A DNA stretch of 64,000 nt from an uncultured virus (IMG/VR IMGVR_UViG_3300030085_003924) (IMGVR_UViG_3300030085_003924:1-64000); one strand, 5' to 3'. Positions 29,201 to 38,647 are shown, numbered from the stretch's first letter. A program made the numbers and translations. Notes: generated by a model from the sequence alone, not told the origin.

Positions 29201-29603
29201 AATTTACGATGCGGCAAGATACATACATAGTGGTTCACTTGATCATGTGATATTTTTTGTCAGATATGGATTCGAAGATAGTGGTTCTTCTGCAAAAAAT
29301 GGAGTACTCAATGATAATAGAAAAACTTATTTTAAACAATTACCACCTGTAAGTTCAGATAATTTTGTAACTTACGAGAGTATTAGTGAGTCAACAATCA
29401 AAGGGTGGATTAGAGATTCATATGGAGATGATTGGGGTTCATTTACTTCAAGTATCGAAACCGAAATGACAAATGATTTAAATTCAAGAGCATCATCAAA
29501 ACCAACTTGTGTTATCTGGTGGTCATCTGGTTCACAAGATTTGAATACTGAATTATTAGAAAGTGGGAGTATGAACCATACATATAATAATCCTGACATA
29601 TAA
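29190..29603 (+). CDS. Ser-rich hypothetical phage protein
   Basis: NFVTYESISESTIKGWI resembles small phage tail-associated proteins; SGS motifs. Confidence 0.45.
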   Translation: MEFKIYDAARYIHSGSLDHVIFFVRYGFEDSGSSAKNGVLNDNRKTYFKQLPPVSSDNFVTYESISESTIKGWIRDSYGDDWGSFTSSIETEMTNDLNSRASSKPTCVIWWSSGSQDLNTELLESGSMNHTYNNPDI

Positions 29604-29617
29604 AGGTTTTCAATACT

Positions 29618-30790
29618 ATGGTAAAATTTTACTTCGACCTGAATAGTTATGATGAACAAGAAGTTTCTAATGATATTAAAAAAATTAAGGTTATTGACCG
29701 AAAAAAATTACAAGATGCAATAGATACATTTCAAAAAGAATTAGATTGGCGACAGATGTGGTCGGTTGATGATGCACAGGAACGATTAGACGATGGTTGG
29801 TGGTTTTATATAATAGAAAGGGATGATAAATACATTGGTTGGGGATGGTTCGATACTTCACAAAAAAAGTTTTGTAATTTATATGTTCACAAAGATTACA
29901 GAGCAGACGGATATGGAAAAGATTTAGTGTATGTAAGGTTGAATGAGTGTAAGAAACAGAATATAGAAAAGGTTTGGATGGAAGTCAATCGCTGGAATGT
30001 ACCAATTCAAAAAATTAATCAGAAACTTGGATGGACACCAAAGATACATTATACATTTTGGACTGGAGGTTATGATTCTACTTTTTATGTTATAAATTCT
30101 TTATTAGAGGGAAAAGTTGTACAACCTATTTACATAGATGATACGAAAAGACATGGTGGTTATCATGAAAATAGTCTTGTTTTTCGGAGAGATGGAAATG
30201 AAAATAAATATCCAAGAAAATCAACTAATATAGAGTTAGAAAGAATGGAGTGGTTACGAGAAAGAATTTATGAAAATATACCAAATACTAAAGAATTATT
30301 TTTACCTCTATGGGTAATTGAAAAACCTATAGCAGAAGATGAAGAAATAAGTAAATTTGTAGAAAAATATAATGAATGGATTCCAGAACCTGTTTATAAA
30401 AATAAATATGGAAAAGGTCAATGGTTAGAAGCACAAGCAGATATTGTATTAAGATTTCAAAAACAATTTGGACTTAAAATTGATTATCCTATAGAACGAA
30501 TTGATGGAGAGTGGTATGAAATATTTGATTGTGCAATATCTGATGGTAAATTTGATTCTGAAAAATTACCAAAAGAATATAGTGATGTAAAGATATGGGA
30601 GAATTTTAACTATCCAATAAGACATCTTAGTAAAGAAGAAGAATTGGAAATAGCAAAACAAAAAGGATTTGACAAGTTGTTGTACTATACTTGGACTTGT
30701 TGGTATCCAAAAGATGATGAACCTTGTAATGAATGTAAAATGTGTAAGGAGAGAATAATAGAATGTCGGAGTATTGGGGATACCACTTAA
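29618..30790 (+). CDS. GNAT acetyltransferase fused to QueC-like PP-loop ATPase
   Basis: LYVHKDYRADGYGKDL...QKLGW (GNAT); FWTGGYDST PP-loop; PIRHLSKEE; TWTC-X7-CNECKMC zinc site. Confidence 0.8.
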   Translation: MVKFYFDLNSYDEQEVSNDIKKIKVIDRKKLQDAIDTFQKELDWRQMWSVDDAQERLDDGWWFYIIERDDKYIGWGWFDTSQKKFCNLYVHKDYRADGYGKDLVYVRLNECKKQNIEKVWMEVNRWNVPIQKINQKLGWTPKIHYTFWTGGYDSTFYVINSLLEGKVVQPIYIDDTKRHGGYHENSLVFRRDGNENKYPRKSTNIELERMEWLRERIYENIPNTKELFLPLWVIEKPIAEDEEISKFVEKYNEWIPEPVYKNKYGKGQWLEAQADIVLRFQKQFGLKIDYPIERIDGEWYEIFDCAISDGKFDSEKLPKEYSDVKIWENFNYPIRHLSKEEELEIAKQKGFDKLLYYTWTCWYPKDDEPCNECKMCKERIIECRSIGDTT

Positions 30791-31119
30791 TACTTGATTG
30801 TAAATCAGGTAATAATGTTGATGATAAACAAAATATAAAAAATTTTGTTACTGATTTGGTTGATAGAATCGATATGGTTGCATTTGGAAATCCAATAGTA
30901 GAACATTTTGCATCTCACGATAAAGAAAAGGCTGGGTTTAGTCTTGTTCAGTTAATAGAAACAAGTTCTATCGTTGGACATTTTGTAGATAAAAATGGTG
31001 ATTTTTATTTAGATATTTTTTCGTGTAAAAAATTTAAAAGGCATATAGTTATAGAATGTGTGAAGCAATATTTTTCACCTTTTAGTGTGAAAGAGACATA
31101 CTTATTAAGACAATCGTAA
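30763..31119 (+). CDS. speD: S-adenosylmethionine decarboxylase proenzyme (pyruvoyl)
   Basis: WGYHLILDC, GFSLVQLIETSSIVGHF, YLDIFSCK. Confidence 0.88.
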   Translation: MSEYWGYHLILDCKSGNNVDDKQNIKNFVTDLVDRIDMVAFGNPIVEHFASHDKEKAGFSLVQLIETSSIVGHFVDKNGDFYLDIFSCKKFKRHIVIECVKQYFSPFSVKETYLLRQS

Positions 31120-31136
31120 ATCAAACACAGGAGATT

Positions 31137-31955
31137 ATGAAAATGAAAAGGTTATTATTGATATTAGGAATGGTTTCAGTTCTAACGGCACAATCAGCAA
31201 CAATCAAAAATAGCATAATTGGATATACATCAGTAGGTGATACCGTATCTTTTGAAAAACCAACACTTTGGTCATTCATTAAGGATGACAATTCAAAGTG
31301 GATGGCTTCTCTTTGGATAGAGGCACCTTGGAGTGATAAATCCGTTTATGTTGAGGAGTTGTTCTACAAACCTTATAGTGATAAGTTCACTATTGGTTTA
31401 GGTAGACAAGCAATTCCATTTGGTTCTAATGTTCCATATTTGGATTTAACAAGAGGTGATAAGTTTACTTACGCAACACCAACACCTAATGATGTTGGAC
31501 TCTTGTATTTCGGAGATGGTATTAGTATCTATGGTGGAGTTGGTAAGTGGTTTTTAGAAACCTATTATGGTAATGACATCGAAAACGGATATGATGTATT
31601 GACTACTGCAAGATTAAGTTATGAGGTAGGTGATATTCATTTCATCGGTGTATCAGTTGATAATCAAGATAGACAAGTTCTTGATGTAAGTGGATATAGT
31701 AAATATGTCGATTATGTTACAGAATTTAGAGAAGATTATCAATGGGGTAGAGCAATTATCAAGAGTGGTAAGTATGGTCTATCAGCATTAGCAGGTTTTG
31801 AAAGAACCGAAGATGAAACACAGGCACTTTATGGTCTTGTGTATCAGTATGGAGAACCCAATCAATTCGTTTCCGCTGAATTAAGTGGTGAAGGTGATGT
31901 GAGGGTTAAATTGTATTATGGTTTTAACTTAAATGTAGGAAATAAAAATGACTAA
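31137..31955 (+). CDS. Secreted outer-membrane beta-barrel/porin-like protein
   Basis: Signal peptide MKRLLLILGMVSVLTA; VEELFY...IGLGRQAIPFG porin-like motif; amphipathic beta strands. Confidence 0.65.
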   Translation: MKMKRLLLILGMVSVLTAQSATIKNSIIGYTSVGDTVSFEKPTLWSFIKDDNSKWMASLWIEAPWSDKSVYVEELFYKPYSDKFTIGLGRQAIPFGSNVPYLDLTRGDKFTYATPTPNDVGLLYFGDGISIYGGVGKWFLETYYGNDIENGYDVLTTARLSYEVGDIHFIGVSVDNQDRQVLDVSGYSKYVDYVTEFREDYQWGRAIIKSGKYGLSALAGFERTEDETQALYGLVYQYGEPNQFVSAELSGEGDVRVKLYYGFNLNVGNKND

Positions 31956-32856
31956 ATTTTTAAAAGGATTCTTAGCAATAGCAACTGCAGTATTCGCTTG
32001 GTCAACCCTTGAGGTTACTGGTAGTTTTATATTTGCTGAAGGAGCAGGACCCGTATCGGTATTGTCGGTTAGATTTCTAATCGCCACACTATTGTTTGGT
32101 GGGGTAATGTTATGGAAGAAACAAACAACAGGTGAAAATCTGTTCGCAGTGGAAAAGGAAGATAGGAAGAAATTTCTATTAAATGGTGTAATATTGGCAG
32201 CACACTTATTAGTGTATTGGTTCGCTTGGGAACTACTCGACCCGAACCTACCTGTTATTTACGCACTATTCTATATATATCCATTTATACTATGTTTGAT
32301 TTCTATATTTTACTATGGAGAAAAATTTAGTAATAATAGAAAACTTGCATTAGGATTGGGAACTATTGGTTGTGCGTTCGCTATTGAACTGATACCATCA
32401 TTCTCAACCGAAGCTCTGAACACCGAAGGTGTATTATTGGGTGTGGCAGCTGGGATATCTTGGGTAGCCTACTTGTTAGTAGGACAAGATATAATGAAAA
32501 AATATAAACCACTTACGATTGTATTTTATGACTTTCTACAAGTGTTCGCTTATGTTTCATTATTTCAATCACCAATGACAACCATTTCGGAAGTAACATT
32601 TAACGGATTACTTGCAATTGCTTACATTTCAGTAGTGGCAAGTTTTATCGCTTATCTATGTTATTGGATAGCAGTTAAGAATATTGGAGCAACCAATACA
32701 GGAATTGCTGAATTGGGAACACCGATATTTGGAGTAACACTCGGTTACTTTTTTCTATCTATGACACCATCATTGTGGCAGATAGCTGGACTTGTAATGA
32801 TTTCAAGTGGATTATATCTAATCTACAACGAAAAACAAGTCGTATATGACCAATGA
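31948..32856 (+). CDS. EamA/DMT family transporter
   Basis: About 10 hydrophobic helices, RFLIA, YPF, GTPIFGVTLGYFFL...WQIAGLVMI. Confidence 0.88.
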   Translation: MTKFLKGFLAIATAVFAWSTLEVTGSFIFAEGAGPVSVLSVRFLIATLLFGGVMLWKKQTTGENLFAVEKEDRKKFLLNGVILAAHLLVYWFAWELLDPNLPVIYALFYIYPFILCLISIFYYGEKFSNNRKLALGLGTIGCAFAIELIPSFSTEALNTEGVLLGVAAGISWVAYLLVGQDIMKKYKPLTIVFYDFLQVFAYVSLFQSPMTTISEVTFNGLLAIAYISVVASFIAYLCYWIAVKNIGATNTGIAELGTPIFGVTLGYFFLSMTPSLWQIAGLVMISSGLYLIYNEKQVVYDQ

Positions 32857-33559
32857 TGTACATATAATAGAAACAGACGAGTATTTAGATTTATCAAATC
32901 TTAATCTATGTACTCAAGAATTCGAAGGTAATTTAAGTGAAATAACTCATAGTGCGACAATAGGTCAATTTTCACCTGATATATCTGTTGAGGATCCAAA
33001 GGATTCCAAAACCATAACTCTGAGAGTTTTAAAAAATAATAACGATTGGAAAGATTGGTCTCTGATAGATAAGGAAGAAAGATGGACAGATGGTTTACTC
33101 TATGAGTTATTTCCCAATACCAAAGAATTTATTTCTACTCTACCATTCAAATCTATTGGTAGAGTTTTCATCAGTTTCACCCAAAATAAAACCAATATAA
33201 CACCACACGCTGGATTTACTCCAGGAGTTCAAAAAACTTGGAGACAAGAATTCTTATGGTTTAATTTGATAGGCAATAAGAGAATGTGGTGTACCAATTA
33301 CGATAATACCTTAGAGTTTTACAAAAATAATTTTGTGGTAGAGGATAGATTTGAAAAGGTATATTCTAAAGGAATTTCTTGTTGGTTTAATCCACTTTTA
33401 TTACATGGTGTTGATTGTGGAGAAAATATTTCTGCAAGTTTAAGAGTGGATGGAGAATACACAAGAGAATTCAGAAAAAAAATATTTGGTGATGAGGAGT
33501 GGAAAACAGAATTTAATTATGTGGATGAAACACACTTAGACCAATTAGGGAGAGATTAG
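32846..33559 (+). CDS. Cupin-fold Fe/2OG oxygenase-like protein with HxG motif
   Basis: FPNTKEFISTLPFKSIGRV, ITPHAG, CWFN..LLHGV, SLRVDG. Confidence 0.6.
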   Translation: MTNDVHIIETDEYLDLSNLNLCTQEFEGNLSEITHSATIGQFSPDISVEDPKDSKTITLRVLKNNNDWKDWSLIDKEERWTDGLLYELFPNTKEFISTLPFKSIGRVFISFTQNKTNITPHAGFTPGVQKTWRQEFLWFNLIGNKRMWCTNYDNTLEFYKNNFVVEDRFEKVYSKGISCWFNPLLLHGVDCGENISASLRVDGEYTREFRKKIFGDEEWKTEFNYVDETHLDQLGRD

Positions 33560-33561
33560 AT

Positions 33562-34062
33562 ATGAACGAAGATGAAAAATATATCTTAGAATGGTATAAG
33601 AATAAAATATGGTCAAAACCATCCCTTTCTAAAGTATGTGAGGGAATCGGTATGGTTGCCATTCGTGATATACCAAAAGGAACGAGTATATTCGATTTAG
33701 CAGACAGAAGTGTTTATGGTTGGATACCTTGGAGTGAAGCAAAGTCAATTCCGAGAGAGGTCTTGGAATGGGTATTGGAATGTCAACCACAAGTTGGTGA
33801 CCAAGTTATTGATGTTCCAAAATTACACGAAGAATTTTTCAACGACAAACATGAATCTATGTTTGGATATACACAACAAGGAATGAATTGGCAAACGACT
33901 TGGTATTATGTTAATCATTCATCCGACAAACCTAATGTGGCCGCACATTCTACTGGTCATCCAAGAATTCAAAAGTATATTACCCTTAGAGATATTTATA
34001 AGGGAGAAGAAATATTAGAGGATTATAATGGATACACAAAAGAATGGAAATTAGATATTTAG
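33562..34062 (+). CDS. SET-domain protein methyltransferase
   Basis: GIGMVAIRDIPKGT, YVNHSSDKPN, LRDIYKGEEILEDY. Confidence 0.88.
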   Translation: MNEDEKYILEWYKNKIWSKPSLSKVCEGIGMVAIRDIPKGTSIFDLADRSVYGWIPWSEAKSIPREVLEWVLECQPQVGDQVIDVPKLHEEFFNDKHESMFGYTQQGMNWQTTWYYVNHSSDKPNVAAHSTGHPRIQKYITLRDIYKGEEILEDYNGYTKEWKLDI

Positions 34063-34871
34063 ATTTAGGTTTAGTTTCACCAGAAATATATACATCTCTT
34101 TGGGAATATGACAAAGTAGTTGAACTCAAAGAACCAACCTTAATAAAATTTTCACCTGAAACAACCGTAATACAATTTTGGCAAGGTCCTTATTGGGATG
34201 AAGTTACTCAAACTTGGAAAAACGATTACACAGATTTGAGTAACTTTTATAATGCCGATATACTGAGAGGAATTCCAAAGTCTCGGTGTTACATACCTAT
34301 CGAAATCAATTATAGTGCAGAAATAGCTTATTATATTGCCACACCAAATGGTACAGATTTTATTCTATATGTACCAGATTCTACTAAAGAGGAAAGAGGA
34401 ATATTAGATTCTATGTTTCAAAATGTTATGGTTGAAGTGTTGTCGGATAGAGGTATTGACACTAAAATTGATGGTAATGATGTATTGTATAGGTATGGTC
34501 ATAAATACAAAAAGTTTTCAGGTTCATTATATAGACCAGCCTCAAATGGATTCGGATATATTGATAATGGTATAACATATAAGTTTGATTTTGAGTTGGC
34601 AAATAAATTAAGAGAAATTACTAACGAGATAAATATTAAAAAATTTGATGTCAAGGATGTTTCGGATGTAGTAGGTGGATTGTGGGAAATTGATAGAACC
34701 ATAAATAAAGATGATTTAGATTTCGAAGTAGTACATAGGATGTGTTATAAATTAGGATATACTTTACGACACGACAATTTTGACGAAGAATATTTATTAT
34801 TTGAGAGAGGACATAAGAGAATGACAGATAAAGACTGGTATTTGTATGGAAATAATGATGGGTTTACCTAA
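34044..34871 (+). CDS. Lipoate-protein ligase A/BPL-LplA-like protein
   Basis: IRYLDLG, GIDTKIDGNDVLY....KKFSGS; lacks the canonical RRxSGGG. Confidence 0.6.
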   Translation: MEIRYLDLGLVSPEIYTSLWEYDKVVELKEPTLIKFSPETTVIQFWQGPYWDEVTQTWKNDYTDLSNFYNADILRGIPKSRCYIPIEINYSAEIAYYIATPNGTDFILYVPDSTKEERGILDSMFQNVMVEVLSDRGIDTKIDGNDVLYRYGHKYKKFSGSLYRPASNGFGYIDNGITYKFDFELANKLREITNEINIKKFDVKDVSDVVGGLWEIDRTINKDDLDFEVVHRMCYKLGYTLRHDNFDEEYLLFERGHKRMTDKDWYLYGNNDGFT

Positions 34872-35916
34872 AAAATGCAACTTTGGTCGTATTTATGGTA
34901 GACTAACTACTAATGGTGAGTATCAAATTTGTTGTGGTAATGTGCCATCATCTGGTGATTATCATACGGATGGTAAATTTGTAGATTATTGGAAATCAGA
35001 TAAGTTAAATAATTTACTCACTCGACTACGAGACAATCTTGATGAGATGAACCGAACTTGGGCAGATGGTAATTGTAATCATTGTCCACATACTGTCGTC
35101 AACGGAAAACTCAATAGTGGTGAAATAGATATTCCAAATTCTCCAATTATTTTCAATATAGATGTTATTAATCTATGTGATCATAGGTGTAATTTTTGTT
35201 GGCATTGGTCATACGATATGATAGATGATAATGCACAATTCGAAGGGTGGAATGATTGGGTAAAGGAAAAGTTAGATTTTCAGATATTCAAGGATATCAT
35301 AGATGGACTTGTAGAACTTGGTGATTGTGAAGAAATACAAATCGGTGGTGGTGGAGAACCTTTACTACACCCAAATATACACGAGATGATTGGATATGTC
35401 AAGGAAAATAATTTATCTTGTAAGTTAATCACTAATTTCTGTCAGATAACAGAAGAACAACTTGATAATTTAATCAAATTAGGACTTGATAGTATTTTGA
35501 TTAATATATCAGCTGGAACACGAGAGACCTATTGTGAGACGAGACGGGTAAAATCAAAAGTATGGGATAAGTTGCTATTTAACATAGAGTATATACTTAA
35601 AAATAGAATAACAAATGTTCCAAAGATAATTTTAAAGAATGTAATTAATAGCGAAAATATTCACGAAGTCAGTCACATGATAGATTTAGGAGTGACACTT
35701 GAAGTTGATACTATTGCTTTAAGATTTTTTCAAGATGTTGATGTATATAATTCTGATAATAAAGTTGTTACGGTGGAACAACATAATCAATTTAACAAAA
35801 CACTTTTTGAAAAAATAAAAGAATATGGATATAAAGAATACCAGGATGATGATGATTCTTTTATTTATAATTATAAATCGATAGAGACCAATACTTTATT
35901 GAGGGGCGATGTATGA
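34855..35916 (+). CDS. Radical SAM protein with N-terminal SPASM-like domain (paralog of 25369)
   Basis: C...ICC...FVDYWKS...CNHCPH; CDHRCNFCWHWSYDM; GGGGEPLLHP; INISAGTRETYC. Confidence 0.88.
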   Translation: MMGLPKKCNFGRIYGRLTTNGEYQICCGNVPSSGDYHTDGKFVDYWKSDKLNNLLTRLRDNLDEMNRTWADGNCNHCPHTVVNGKLNSGEIDIPNSPIIFNIDVINLCDHRCNFCWHWSYDMIDDNAQFEGWNDWVKEKLDFQIFKDIIDGLVELGDCEEIQIGGGGEPLLHPNIHEMIGYVKENNLSCKLITNFCQITEEQLDNLIKLGLDSILINISAGTRETYCETRRVKSKVWDKLLFNIEYILKNRITNVPKIILKNVINSENIHEVSHMIDLGVTLEVDTIALRFFQDVDVYNSDNKVVTVEQHNQFNKTLFEKIKEYGYKEYQDDDDSFIYNYKSIETNTLLRGDV

Positions 35917-37163
35917 AATCACATTTGGAAAACAATACAAGTTTAATAGATCCAGCACAGATAAGAAATAAGTGGATAGACTTTGAAGGTGTGCCATTGT
36001 CTATGTACCAAGAAAATGCACAGATGACAGAACGGGTGTATTGGGGATATAAAAGGGAGTATTCATTTGGACTTATGAATGTGGGAACACCTTGTAATAC
36101 CAAATGTTTTTATTGTTCGCAATATTGGAATCCACCAGATGTCATAATAGCCTATCCACAATGGTTGACAATGGACGAGATAAAACACTTTCTTACTTTT
36201 GTACCAAATAAAGTTATACACGAAGTTGGATATGGTCATCATATTAGCAATGGTGAGTTTTTCGCCCACCCAAACGCCACAGAGATATTGAAATATTTTA
36301 TTGATGAGAATTTTACCGTAAGAGGATTGGATACAAATGGACATTTTGTAAGTGAAGAACAAGTACAATTGATGAAAATTTTGTTGGAAAATGAAACTGG
36401 TAGGGGGATAGGATGGGATGATGGTCAAAATAAGGTTGATGTAGATGAAAATATAAATGAAGGTATGTGGTGGGGTTTATATCTTCATTTGACAAATTAC
36501 GAAAAAACAAAACATTGTCTTGATTTATTGGATAAATACAATTTTCCATATGCTGTGGTTATAGTCCCATCATTAGTTGATTTACAAAATGGTACATCAG
36601 AGGAATGGATTAGGTTACTGAATGAGAATCATAATCCAACTGAAATAGAAATCTCACATCCAGCCTATACAAAATATGCTCCACCAAATGTTGCAAAACA
36701 TCTTGATTTTACTTGGGATGAGGGATGGGAATATATTAGAAAATGGCAAAAATCATATCCAAGAGTTAAAATAAATTCTGAAAATAGGATAAGTCCTGAT
36801 AGGATTGACAAATCATTAAATGTTCTAATGGATAATTACAAAGATACAAACAATCTGAAAATGTTATTTATGATTTCGGAGTCGGTGGAAAAAATATTTG
36901 AAAGTCATGTCAAAAAAATTATTCCGTTTGAGTATAAAATTCAAATGGTGAAAAATACGACATTCGGTGGCAATATAATTGTTGCTGGTTTGTTATTGGT
37001 TCAAGATTATTTACCTGTAATTGAACAAGTTTTATCTGATGGTTATACACCAGATTTGATTGTATTACCAAAGGATAGTTTTTATTTTGATGATTTAGAT
37101 TTAACAGGAGTATCAGCTTATACTATCCGTGATAAATTTGGTATTGATATATTTTGGTGTTAG
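35913..37163 (+). CDS. Radical SAM protein with DUF512-like C-terminus
   Basis: CNTKCFYC, NGEFFAHP, DTNG; NTTFGGNIIVAGLLLVQD...DDLDLTG. Confidence 0.78.
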   Translation: MKSHLENNTSLIDPAQIRNKWIDFEGVPLSMYQENAQMTERVYWGYKREYSFGLMNVGTPCNTKCFYCSQYWNPPDVIIAYPQWLTMDEIKHFLTFVPNKVIHEVGYGHHISNGEFFAHPNATEILKYFIDENFTVRGLDTNGHFVSEEQVQLMKILLENETGRGIGWDDGQNKVDVDENINEGMWWGLYLHLTNYEKTKHCLDLLDKYNFPYAVVIVPSLVDLQNGTSEEWIRLLNENHNPTEIEISHPAYTKYAPPNVAKHLDFTWDEGWEYIRKWQKSYPRVKINSENRISPDRIDKSLNVLMDNYKDTNNLKMLFMISESVEKIFESHVKKIIPFEYKIQMVKNTTFGGNIIVAGLLLVQDYLPVIEQVLSDGYTPDLIVLPKDSFYFDDLDLTGVSAYTIRDKFGIDIFWC

Positions 37164-37174
37164 CTAAAATAATT

Positions 37175-37202
37175 GAATTTGAAAAATTAATTAAATACTT
37201 AT
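37175..37202 (+). promoter_or_regulatory. Class B promoter-like motif
   Basis: GAATTTG-13 nt-ATACTTAT in the intergenic gap before the clamp-loader small subunit. Confidence 0.55.
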
Positions 37203-37206
37203 AGAT

Positions 37207-37662
37207 ATGAAAAAGGTTATTAAAAACAAAGGTCTATTCGACCACATCACACACATCACACAAAAACAGACCAAAGGGTATTGGGATTCTCTGAATGAAA
37301 CGGAACAGAAGCAATGGTCTAATTATATGATACATAGATTCTTATCTATGAAGATGGAATATACAGAGGTGGTGAATGAGATTCAAAAATACAATTTAAA
37401 ACCAAAAGACTTATATAAATTATACACCAATGTTTTACCGAAGAAAAGAGAGTGGTTAAAATATACAAAAGGAAAGAAAGATATGAAGTATGAAAAATGG
37501 CTAGTAGAGATAGTGGCCAAGCATTACGAATCAAGTCTATCTGAGGCTAGGGAGTACCTACAAGTGTTTTATTCTACCGAACAAAATAAGGCAAATCTAA
37601 AGACACTTTTGCAAAGGTATGGAGTTGAACCAAAGGAAATTAAAAAACTAAATTTACCATAA
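37207..37662 (+). CDS. Clamp loader small subunit (T4 gp62-like)
   Basis: LFD....I...K, YMIHRFLSM, VNE, LPKKREWLKY, HYESSLSEAREYL. Confidence 0.75.
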   Translation: MKKVIKNKGLFDHITHITQKQTKGYWDSLNETEQKQWSNYMIHRFLSMKMEYTEVVNEIQKYNLKPKDLYKLYTNVLPKKREWLKYTKGKKDMKYEKWLVEIVAKHYESSLSEAREYLQVFYSTEQNKANLKTLLQRYGVEPKEIKKLNLP

Positions 37663-37678
37663 GAGAGGGGAGGGACTA

Positions 37679-38647
37679 ATGTATTTGTATCTTGACAATG
37701 TGGGGTGGTCATTGATAGACACAGGATTTGGAAATCGTATGCAGTTTTGGGAATATGCATATGAATTGAATAGACGGAATGGTTTTAATTTTAAGATGGC
37801 AGTCGAAGAACGAATGTGGGCAGAAACAAAATATTTAAATTTTCCATATACTGAAACATTTAATGTATTTTTTGGTGATTATCTTCCATCACAGAATATA
37901 TCATTAGTTGATCCAAGACTACCTTTTAAAACATTAGATGTAAATAAAAGTTATAATGTTCTTGGTGAGTGGCCACCATATTTGGGTGAAGGAGTAGAAT
38001 CTTGTTATGGAAAATGGGTACATTTGATTACATTGAAGGACAAGATAATTGAAAATAAGATTAAAAATTTGGTGAAGGATAGAATTGGGATTCATGTTAG
38101 ACATTGGCCAGTATTAGATGATACCGATGAAAGAGACAATAAAGTAGAAAGATTTGATTACAAGGGGAAGATGGAGTTATTAAGAAAAACAATGGATAAA
38201 TATCCTAATTCTAAATTTTATATGAGTACAGATTGTACATATGATAAGCCTGGTCAAACACCACCATTGCCTGATTTTAGAAAGGAATCCCATTGGATAT
38301 CTGAAATTTATAAGGACTACGATGTGGTTGATTACAGAGATATATTAGATGTGAGTAAAGTAGTCTCGAATACATTTCCCGATATAGATAATAATGGGTG
38401 GAAGATGGTATTGGATGATGAGGGAAAGCCTGTTAAAGAAATTCGTATTTTTTATCAAACAGGTCCTAAAGGTGGTTTTTTTGATAAATATTCACAATCA
38501 ACGGAAGATGTAAAAATATATAGAGATTGTGTTGATTTATTTGGATTGATTTATAGTAAAAAATTTATAAAGTCAGAAGAAACAGGTCCAGGATCTTCTT
38601 GGAGTGATTTTGTTTCATTTTACAGACAAACAATATGGCAAGAGTAA
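37679..38647 (+). CDS. Fucosyltransferase-like GT-B protein
   Basis: TGFGNRMQ, IGIHVRH, FYMSTD, DLFGL, SSWS. Confidence 0.65.
   Translation: MYLYLDNVGWSLIDTGFGNRMQFWEYAYELNRRNGFNFKMAVEERMWAETKYLNFPYTETFNVFFGDYLPSQNISLVDPRLPFKTLDVNKSYNVLGEWPPYLGEGVESCYGKWVHLITLKDKIIENKIKNLVKDRIGIHVRHWPVLDDTDERDNKVERFDYKGKMELLRKTMDKYPNSKFYMSTDCTYDKPGQTPPLPDFRKESHWISEIYKDYDVVDYRDILDVSKVVSNTFPDIDNNGWKMVLDDEGKPVKEIRIFYQTGPKGGFFDKYSQSTEDVKIYRDCVDLFGLIYSKKFIKSEETGPGSSWSDFVSFYRQTIWQE

Noticed and set aside
8911..30790. Complete 7-deazaguanine DNA modification pathway
   Set aside because: Only a QueC-like domain is present; FolE, QueD, a true QueE and DpdA are not recognisable in this window
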